Assembly: GCA_964344235.1 (NCBI GenBank)
Contig: CAYFMJ010000001.1
Coordinates: 1 to 24,000, forward strand
DNA length: 24,000 nucleotides
Source of the DNA: an uncultured Methanosarcinales archaeon
GTDB lineage: Archaea; Nanobdellota; Nanobdellia; Woesearchaeales; GW2011-AR9
Direction: 5' to 3'
The translations under genes were made by a program, and so were the position numbers. Positions 1 through 6,571 of this stretch are shown here, piece after piece (the first letter of the stretch is position 1; each line of letters starts with the position of its first letter). The notes below the pieces were generated by a model. That model ran no database searches. It worked only from the letters and a program-made list of their open reading frames with translations, and was not told the origin of the DNA.

Positions 1-122
1 AGCTAAGAAATGTGTAGTAGTTTCGTGTTGTGTAGCAGTTTCGGGATATTAGATATAGGGGAAGATACCTACTCCACAATAGTTAACAAACTTAATAACG
101 GGACTTCGCTTGTGAATCAGTG

Positions 123-932
123 ATGGACTTTAAAATAGAGAAAAAAGCGAATGAAAATATGCATAAATATCCGACAGAGGATATGAAAATTGCGAAGAAG
201 TTTGCTGATATTTTGAAAAAAGAGTTAGGGGATTTTCTGATGGGTGTTGCAGTGTTTGGTAGTGCATCCAGGCACGAATCAGGTCCGAAGAGTGATATTG
301 ATGTTCTCTTGGTAACGGATGATGCCTCGTATGTGATCACAGAGCCTTTAGTTGAGGGGTATAGAATTATTGTTGATAGTGCTATTCAGAGAGTTTCATT
401 AAAATTGCATGTAACGTCAATGACCTTTACGTCTTTCTGGGAACATGTGAAGGCTGGCGATCCAGTTGTGGTCAATATTTTACGGGACGGATATGCGTTG
501 CAGGATAGAGGGTTCTTTGAGCCGTTACAATTATTGTTGAAGTCTGGAAAGATGCGGCCAACGGACGAGAGTGTCTGGCGATATTTTGGGAGAGCTCCTA
601 AGACGTTGTTAAATTCTCGATGGCATGTGTTGCAAGCAACGCTTGATTTGTATTGGGCTGTCATCGATTCGGCGCATGCAGCATTGATGCGAGCGCAGCA
701 ACTTCCGCCAACACCGGAACATGTAGCAGACATGTTAGAGAAAGCGTTTGTCAAACGGAAGTTACTTGAGAAAAAGTATGCGGATACAATGCGGCGGTTT
801 TATAGGTTGAGTAAGATGATTACGCATCGAGAGATTAAAGAAGTGTCTGGGCAGGAATTTGAACATTATTACGATGAAGCGGAAGCGTTTGTGAAGCGGA
901 TGAAAACGTTGATTGAACGACGATCGTATTAA
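123..932 (+). CDS. Fused minimal nucleotidyltransferase (Pol-beta superfamily) plus HEPN-like domain protein
   Basis: The N-terminus has the NTase signature FGSASRHESGPKSDIDVLLV (G-S ... D-x-D). The C-terminal helical half resembles HEPN (AVIDSAHAALMRAQQLPPTPEH) and carries an R-x6-H string, RLSKMITH, with R at 804-806 and H at 825-827. ATG at 123; an in-frame GTG lies at 120. Confidence 0.75.
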   Translation: MDFKIEKKANENMHKYPTEDMKIAKKFADILKKELGDFLMGVAVFGSASRHESGPKSDIDVLLVTDDASYVITEPLVEGYRIIVDSAIQRVSLKLHVTSMTFTSFWEHVKAGDPVVVNILRDGYALQDRGFFEPLQLLLKSGKMRPTDESVWRYFGRAPKTLLNSRWHVLQATLDLYWAVIDSAHAALMRAQQLPPTPEHVADMLEKAFVKRKLLEKKYADTMRRFYRLSKMITHREIKEVSGQEFEHYYDEAEAFVKRMKTLIERRSY

Positions 933-1264
933 TGAAGTTTTTTACCGTTTTCTGTTGGTTTATCAACGGTTGCAAGAATAATTCCATTTTCGTTATCAAA
1001 CCCTAACGTAAGAACTTCCGACATTAGTGGACCAATTTGTTTCGGTGGGAAGTTAACAACACATAACGCTTGTTTGTTGATTAATTCTTCTTTTGTATAT
1101 TGTTGTGTTATTTGGGCGCTTGATTTTTTGATACCAAGTTCTCCGAGATCAATCTGTAATTTGTACGCTGGCTTACGTGCTTCTGGGAAATCTTCTACTT
1201 TTACGATTGTACCAACACGGATGTCTACTTTTGTGAAGTCGTTGTAGGTTATTGGGGTTGTCAT
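929..1264 (-). CDS. csaA: CsaA/Trbp111-type tRNA-binding domain protein
   Basis: The 111-aa product aligns by eye with the CsaA/EMAP-II-like OB fold across its length: DFTKVDIRVGTIVKVEDFPEARKPAYKLQIDLGELGIKKSSAQIT ... VVNFPPKQIGPLMSEVL. Confidence 0.85.
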   Translation of the reverse strand: MTTPITYNDFTKVDIRVGTIVKVEDFPEARKPAYKLQIDLGELGIKKSSAQITQQYTKEELINKQALCVVNFPPKQIGPLMSEVLTLGFDNENGIILATVDKPTENGKKLH

Positions 1265-1325
1265 TTTATTGTTTTAGTAGCAACACTAGAAACCTTTAAT
1301 AATCTATTTGTTATTCTACCCGTTG

Positions 1326-3026
1326 ATGAAAAAGACTGTGAGGGGGTTTGTTCTAAAGAATGCGTTAGACTTTGGAGGTAGTGTTAACCCGAAAGCGGTT
1401 TTGGGTTTAGTATTACGGTCACATCCGGAGTTGAAAAAAGATGTGCCAAGTGTGTTAAAAGAGATTGAAACAGTTGTGAAAGAGGTTGATGGGTTATCTC
1501 CGGAAGATATCAAAGAAGAGTTAGAAAAAGTTGCTCCCGAATTATTACGTGAAGTTGCGCCAGAGAAAGTGAAAGGGCCTTTGAAGGAATTGCCAAATGC
1601 GACGAAAGGGAAGGTTGTTGTACGGATCGCACCATCTCCATCTGGAACGTTACACATTGGTCATGCGTACGGAGCGTCATTAAATTATGAGTATGCAAAG
1701 ATGTATGGTGGTAAGTTCATTCTTAGGATAGAGGATACGAACCCGGAAAATATTTACGATAAAGCGTATGAATTAATTGAGGAGGATGCAAAGTGGTTAA
1801 CAGAAGATCACGTAGCAGAGGTTGTTGTACAATCAGAGAGGTTGGGACTATATTACGATGCAGCGGAAGCGTTAGTGGCGGCAGGGAATGCGTATGTATG
1901 TGAGTGTAATGCAGACACATGGAGAGAGATGAAGAATGATGGGAAAGCGTGTGCGTGTCGAGAGTTAGAGGTTAAGGAACAGCAGGTGCGGTACGCAAAG
2001 ATGTTTGATGAATACGTTGAGGGGGAAGCGGTGTTGCGGTTGAAGACTGACATCCAACATAAAAACCCCGCAATGAGGGATTTTGCAATTATGCGGATTA
2101 ATCAACATGTGCATCCAAAGACGGGAAAGGATAATCGAGTGTGGCCGTTAATGGTGTTATCAGTTGCGGTAGATGATCATGACTTGGGTATTACGCATGT
2201 GTTAAACGGCAAAGACCACACAGACAATGCAAAGAAGGAAGCGATGATTATGAAGATGCTAGGGTGGGGGGTGCCAGAGTATAAGCATTGGGGCAGAATT
2301 AATTTTGAAGGGTTTACCATAAGTAGTTCCAAAACGAGAATTGCCATTGAACAGAATGAATATACGGGATGGGATGATATCCGGTTACCATTCATGCCCG
2401 CGTTACGTAGAAGGGGGTATCAGCCGGAAGCGTTTCGGAAGTTTGCAACAGAAATTGGGTTGAGTTTGAATGATAAGAGTGTGACGCGGGAAGAGTTTTG
2501 GAAAATGGTTAATGCGTTCAACAAAGAGATTGTTGAAGAGAAAGCAAATCGGTATTTCTTTGTGGAGAAGCCAATAGAAGTTGAGATTGAATGGATGCCT
2601 ACGAAGACCGTGAAGTTAGATTTGCATCCAGACTTTCCGAAGCGAGGAAAGCGAGAGTTGGGAGTGGGGAATAAGTTCTACGTGGCTCGTGTGGATTATG
2701 AACAGTTAGAGGAAAGGAAAATACACCGGCTAATTGATTGTTGTAATTTTATTGTTGAAGAAGGAAAGTGTAAGTTTGTTTCAGAGGAATACATTGCATA
2801 CAAAGATGCAAGTAATAGAGGGAGGATCATCCATTGGCTACCGGTTTCTACAGAAGTTGTTGATGTAGAAGTGATGTTAGAAAATGGAAGTGTTGCTAAA
2901 GGAGTTGGCGAGAAAGGATTAGTTGAGTTGAAAGAAGGAACGATTGTGCAGCTGGAACGATGTTATTTTGCTCGTGTTGATCACGTGGAAAAAGACAGAG
3001 TGGTGCTGTGGTATTTACATAGATAA
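1326..3026 (+). CDS. gltX: Glutamyl-tRNA synthetase, archaeal type
   Basis: Class I GlxRS core VVRIAPSPSGTLHIGHAYGASLNYEYAKMYGGKFILRIEDTNPE, containing the HIGH motif. The N-terminal helical extension (ALDFGGSVNPKAVLGLVLRSHPELKKD) is typical of archaeal GluRS. ATG at 1326 is preferred over the TTG at 1308, and a TTTAATAA TATA-like box lies about 25 nt upstream. Confidence 0.95.
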   Translation: MKKTVRGFVLKNALDFGGSVNPKAVLGLVLRSHPELKKDVPSVLKEIETVVKEVDGLSPEDIKEELEKVAPELLREVAPEKVKGPLKELPNATKGKVVVRIAPSPSGTLHIGHAYGASLNYEYAKMYGGKFILRIEDTNPENIYDKAYELIEEDAKWLTEDHVAEVVVQSERLGLYYDAAEALVAAGNAYVCECNADTWREMKNDGKACACRELEVKEQQVRYAKMFDEYVEGEAVLRLKTDIQHKNPAMRDFAIMRINQHVHPKTGKDNRVWPLMVLSVAVDDHDLGITHVLNGKDHTDNAKKEAMIMKMLGWGVPEYKHWGRINFEGFTISSSKTRIAIEQNEYTGWDDIRLPFMPALRRRGYQPEAFRKFATEIGLSLNDKSVTREEFWKMVNAFNKEIVEEKANRYFFVEKPIEVEIEWMPTKTVKLDLHPDFPKRGKRELGVGNKFYVARVDYEQLEERKIHRLIDCCNFIVEEGKCKFVSEEYIAYKDASNRGRIIHWLPVSTEVVDVEVMLENGSVAKGVGEKGLVELKEGTIVQLERCYFARVDHVEKDRVVLWYLHR

Positions 3027-3039
3027 AGGGGGTTTTACA

Positions 3040-3507
3040 ATGGGAAAAATATCAAGAGATACGCCTTTGGCGGAGATTACATTACGGCGGTATGAAAAGC
3101 CGACGATGGGTGAAAGAGAGTTAGTACGGAAGTTGTGTTTGTCTTTAGGTTTGTTACAACCTGGAGATTCTCGCGACGTGATGGTCGATGTGTTGCATCA
3201 ATTATTGATGGCTAGGCAAAGGCGGGAAGAGTTGCATTCGGAGGAAGTAAAGAATTTAGTGATGAGTTACCGGAAGAAGAATGGATTACCAATGTTAGGA
3301 ATTGCTTCGTCTAATATTCGAAGGCAGTTGAAGCGGTTAAAAGATTTACATTTGATTGAAACGAACGCTAATTTGTATAGAATTGCAGAGTGGAATAATG
3401 TGACGGAGATTTTTGAGGAGAAAATTCACAATTTCGTGTTACAGTCTGTGGTTTCTCGCGTTAGGGATTATGTGAAGAAAGTGGATGAGGAGTTTAAGGC
3501 CAATTAA
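3040..3507 (+). CDS. Conserved archaeal winged-helix (wHTH) DNA-binding protein
   Basis: ATG at 3040 sits 13 nt after the GluRS stop, preceded by AAAGGGGG, so it is probably co-transcribed. EITLRRYEKP...RELVRKLCLSLGLLQPGDSRDVMVDVLHQLL and SNIRRQLKRLKDLHLIE look like a wHTH regulator. The track start at 2944 lies inside gltX and is rejected. Confidence 0.6.
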   Translation: MGKISRDTPLAEITLRRYEKPTMGERELVRKLCLSLGLLQPGDSRDVMVDVLHQLLMARQRREELHSEEVKNLVMSYRKKNGLPMLGIASSNIRRQLKRLKDLHLIETNANLYRIAEWNNVTEIFEEKIHNFVLQSVVSRVRDYVKKVDEEFKAN

Positions 3508-4055
3508 GAGGATGTTGGATCGAAGTGTAGTTTCCGGTAAAACTCCGGAGTGACCTGCGCTTTAAGTAAGTTTGATACAACTAAAATTCTATGGTCTCTC
3601 CCATCATACCCTCGAGGCACAAGGACTAAGTCTGTTTCATTTCCATCAGTTTGGCCACATAACTCAGCGAGGGTGGCACCTAGGGCATATAGTGTCCAAT
3701 CTCTCCCGGCTCTTTCTCCTGGCCAGGGTACTTCACCCATGTGAGACTGATAAGCGGCTGGTGCATCGCTGACCAATTCAGGTAGAGAGGGAAGGTCTGA
3801 TTCGTTGATTAAGTAAGGGTGATCCTAAGGTATCCTTAAATCATCCGTTTCAAAAAGTACTAGGCCGTTTGTGTGATTGACTGTAACCCTGGAGAGAACA
3901 GTTAAAGAAAAGTTGCTTCCTTCCCTAGGTTCAAGAAAGATCACAGTTTGGTTGGGGGCAAAATAATCACCAGAAACCCAATATAACTTCTGGTGGTCTA
4001 ATTCTCCACCATTTGGATCATAAAGAGCAAAATCAGACTCAATCGGGTCAATCAT
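3504..4055 (-). pseudogene. 183-codon reading frame of unknown function interrupted by a single in-frame TAG (3825-3827)
   Basis: The 76-aa ORF (3825..4055, ATG at 4055, TATA-like TTTTTAAATAA upstream) and the 90-aa ORF (3504..3776) share one frame (4055-3776 = 279 = 3x93). The 16 codons between them (DHPYLINESDLPSLPE) contain no stop. This is either a nonsense-disrupted gene, a readthrough gene or a sequencing error. Confidence 0.45.
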
Positions 4056-4103
4056 AAAAAAAATGAGAAAGTGTTATTTAAAAAGATTATTAATGTGGAA
4101 AAC

Positions 4104-4367
4104 CTAAATAATATCTTCCTCGGCAACCACAATAAAGTCACCAGTTGCAATGACTGCGGAGAATGGAATCAAAATGTTGCCTTCTCTTGATTTCTCTAAT
4201 TCCATTCTGTCTGTGTATGATGTTGGGTTTCGTAATAGTAAGTGGATTAGTTCTCCAGAACCTACTTCAAAAATTAAATCTCCAACATCTCCAAACTTTT
4301 TTCCCGATTTAGAAACTATTGTTTTTCCTAGGAGTTCTTTAGAATAACTTTTTTCGCGATCTACCAT
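4104..4367 (-). CDS. PRC-barrel domain protein
   Basis: The 87-aa product has the PRC-barrel pattern LLGKTIVSKSGKKFGDVGDLIFEVGSGELIHLLL ... ILIPFSAVIATGDFIVV. It ends in TAG. Confidence 0.7.
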   Translation of the reverse strand: MVDREKSYSKELLGKTIVSKSGKKFGDVGDLIFEVGSGELIHLLLRNPTSYTDRMELEKSREGNILIPFSAVIATGDFIVVAEEDII

Positions 4368-4492
4368 GACAATTCACCCTCGTTTTAGCTTTATTTACGG
4401 AGAGAAGAGAAGAAAGTGACTATATAAAGTTTGCGGTGGTCTGATTATTATGATGCAAAAGCTTAATATAATTCTGTGTAGGAGTTAGAGTT

Positions 4493-5284
4493 ATGTGGGT
4501 GCATAATCTCGATCCAGTACTGGTGCCTCTCGGCCCCGTAGAAATTAGGTGGTATGGTTTAGTATATGTATTTGGTTTTCTTCTGAGTATCTGGTGGCTG
4601 CAATATATGCGGAAGCAAGGTAAGTTAGACCTAACATCTGATGAAATTTGGGATTTTATGCTATATCTAATTATTGGAGTATTAGTAGGTGCACGATTGT
4701 TTATGATTTTTTGGCAACCAGCCGATTTTCTGGCGAAACCATGGAATTTATTACGCCTCTGGGAAGGGGGGATGAGTTTCCACGGTGGTTTCGTAGGAGT
4801 TGTAGCAGCAGCGTGGTGGTATTCTAAGAAGAAAAAACTGAATTTTTGGAAGTTAGCGGATATGGTGTCTGTGCCAGCAATTTTTGCTTTGGCGTTGGGG
4901 AGGATTGCCAACTTTATTAATGGAGAGTTAGTGGGAAGAGTGTGGAATGGCCAGTGGTGTGTTGTGTTTCCTGATTTTGGGGAAGCATGTCGGCATCCGA
5001 GTACATTATATGCAGCAGGGAAGCGATTTATAGTATTTGGATGGTTAGTGTGGTTGAGTGTTTGGAAAGAGTTTAAGCCAGGTTTCATTTTCTGGAATTT
5101 CGTGATGTGGGAAGGATTAGGGAGAATTATTGTTGATTTTTATAGGGAAAATGCTGTATTTGCAGGATTTAGCTTAGGGCAATGGTTTAGTGTAATTATG
5201 GTAATTGTGGCCGTTATTGTCTTCAGAAAGCATTATGTAGAAGATTGGAAAAAGATATTTAAAAGAGAACGTAAATTAGGGTAA
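4493..5284 (+). CDS. lgt: Prolipoprotein diacylglyceryl transferase (Lgt)
   Basis: Polytopic membrane protein with the Lgt signature blocks IRWYGL, WEGGMSFHGGFVG, GRIANFINGELVGR, CRHPSTLY and DFYRE. GGAG lies 9 nt upstream of the ATG. Confidence 0.9.
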   Translation: MWVHNLDPVLVPLGPVEIRWYGLVYVFGFLLSIWWLQYMRKQGKLDLTSDEIWDFMLYLIIGVLVGARLFMIFWQPADFLAKPWNLLRLWEGGMSFHGGFVGVVAAAWWYSKKKKLNFWKLADMVSVPAIFALALGRIANFINGELVGRVWNGQWCVVFPDFGEACRHPSTLYAAGKRFIVFGWLVWLSVWKEFKPGFIFWNFVMWEGLGRIIVDFYRENAVFAGFSLGQWFSVIMVIVAVIVFRKHYVEDWKKIFKRERKLG

Positions 5285-5310
5285 AATAGGGGTGTGGTGG
5301 AGGAAAAACA

Positions 5311-5706
5311 ATGAGAAATATACTATTAGGATTATTGTTAGTAAGTGTAATGTTCCTCGCAGCTTGTTCAACGGATGCTCCTGTTACAGGGGACGGAGTT
5401 GAAGAAGTGAGTGGTGAAGCAGCACTCAGTAACAATGTGTACCAAGTTGTTGTTGATGATTTATCGTTAATTCCAGCCGATATTGATATAGAGGTTGGAG
5501 ATACGATTGAATGGGTGAATAAAGATTTTGTTTCCCACACAGTTGAATTTGACAACGGCATGTTCAGCACAGAAGTGTTACCAAGTTCAGTGGTTTCATA
5601 TAGATTCATGGAAGCAGGTTCGTTTGGGTACTTGAGTGTACCACAAGATACAGACAACCCGGAATTCGAGTTTGAGAATTTTGTTGGAACTGTGAATGTT
5701 AAATAA
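5311..5706 (+). CDS. Predicted lipoprotein with a cupredoxin-like fold lacking the C-terminal copper ligands
   Basis: Signal peptide MRNILLGLLLVSVMFLAAC has lipobox L-A-A-C. The cupredoxin-like block is IEVGDTIEWVNKDFVSHTVEF. The usual C-terminal C-x-x-H-x-x-x-M ligand set is absent; the tail reads GSFGYLSVPQDTDNPEFEFENFVGTVNVK. GGAGG RBS, 26 nt after lgt. Confidence 0.75.
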   Translation: MRNILLGLLLVSVMFLAACSTDAPVTGDGVEEVSGEAALSNNVYQVVVDDLSLIPADIDIEVGDTIEWVNKDFVSHTVEFDNGMFSTEVLPSSVVSYRFMEAGSFGYLSVPQDTDNPEFEFENFVGTVNVK

Positions 5707-5716
5707 TTTTTATTTT

Positions 5717-6475
5717 TTATTTATCTGTTTTTATTGCTTGTTTCCAGAGGAGGTTAAAATATTCTCTATATGATTGGGCAACTTCTTTATTCTTGATCAC
5801 AAAGCAAATCTTTTGCTCCCTGGTGAAGACAATGGTCCCAACAGTATCGGCGAACATGTAAAGAAAAACAGGGGTCTTAACTCCTTTTGGTAAGAAGCGT
5901 TGCTCAACATATTTCCTCTTCTGACGGTCTTTCAGATGCCATGTTTCGTAATCATAAATAACACGTCCGGGAATTTTCAATTCAGCACGTCGTTGGTGGT
6001 GTTGGCGAAAGTATGCATGAAAGTAGAGGCTTGCTTCTTTAGAATAGCCCAAAACAAGTAACTCTTCTTTCTGGGGGTTATCAGATAAAGACATTTCAAA
6101 CAGAGTTCTAATACCTCTTGGTCCATGAAGAATCTCTGCACTCGTTTTTTCCTCCGTTGGTTGGAGCAACTCCAATTGAGGGAGTATTTTTTGAAGTTCT
6201 TTTTCTTTTGTAACGATCTCTCTGCGTTTCTTTTCTAGAAGTTCTTGAAGATTCTTGGGAGGAACTGCTTGGAACACCTTAACACGACCTTCCATCACGC
6301 TTCCAACAAGACCTTTATCTGCAAGCCTTGCAAGTATATCATAAATTTTTGACCTTGACACGTGGGCCTGTTTGATAATCTTACCAACAGAAGTTTTGCC
6401 TAACGAAAGAAGAGTGATGTAAACTTTACTCTCTCCTTTGGTAAGGCCAATCCTTTCTAATGCTTCTATATTCAT
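5717..6475 (-). CDS. TrmB-family transcriptional regulator
   Basis: N-terminal TrmB wHTH: LERIGLTKGESKVYITLLSLGKTSVGKIIKQAHVSRSKIYDILARLADKGLV. A coiled linker and a C-terminal effector-like domain follow. Confidence 0.85.
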   Translation of the reverse strand: MNIEALERIGLTKGESKVYITLLSLGKTSVGKIIKQAHVSRSKIYDILARLADKGLVGSVMEGRVKVFQAVPPKNLQELLEKKRREIVTKEKELQKILPQLELLQPTEEKTSAEILHGPRGIRTLFEMSLSDNPQKEELLVLGYSKEASLYFHAYFRQHHQRRAELKIPGRVIYDYETWHLKDRQKRKYVEQRFLPKGVKTPVFLYMFADTVGTIVFTREQKICFVIKNKEVAQSYREYFNLLWKQAIKTDK

Positions 6476-6520
6476 CGGGCTTTGTATAGCGTATTTATTT
6501 AAAATTATTTCGTTTAGAAA

Positions 6521-6533
6521 CCCCCCAGGGGGC
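6521..6533. promoter_or_regulatory. G/C palindrome between divergent TATA-like boxes (candidate operator)
   Basis: CCCCCCAGGGGGC contains the perfect 11-nt palindrome CCCCCAGGGGG (6522-6532). It sits in an otherwise AT-rich 96-nt gap between TATA-like TTTAAATAAATA (minus strand, for the TrmB-like gene) and ATTATTAAAAGG (plus strand, for the PEP-utilizer gene). Confidence 0.3.
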
Positions 6534-6571
6534 CAACATATTATTAAAAGGACTTTAGCTACAAGAGACGT

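Noticed and set aside
3504-3776. Possible structured RNA gene (RNase P RNA or SRP RNA). The segment is G+C-richer than its surroundings and open in three frames. It contains strings vaguely like RNase P CR-I and CR-V (GGAGAAAGAGCCGGG and CAGCCGCTTATCAG on the minus strand) and a CAGGTCA...CCGGA hairpin reminiscent of SRP helix 8.
   Set aside because: The RNase P-like strings are in the wrong 5'-3' order and match the consensus poorly. No GNAR-tetraloop/AGCA SRP helix-8 arrangement could be built, and no terminal helix pairs the ends. The segment continues the upstream ORF exactly in frame after a single TAG, which argues for coding sequence. A covariance-model scan with Rfam RNase P and SRP models would settle it.
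3825-3827. The in-frame TAG as genome-wide pyrrolysine or sense-codon reassignment.
   Set aside because: TAG terminates four other well-supported genes in this window at sensible C-termini: 4104-4106, 7979-7981, 12152-12154 and 14816-14818. Global reassignment is therefore unlikely. Local readthrough or a pseudogene remains possible.
4420-5088. 222-aa minus-strand ORF.
   Set aside because: It lies entirely antisense to the motif-rich lgt gene. It has low-complexity, Pro/Thr/Asn-rich composition with no recognisable motif, so it is a shadow ORF.
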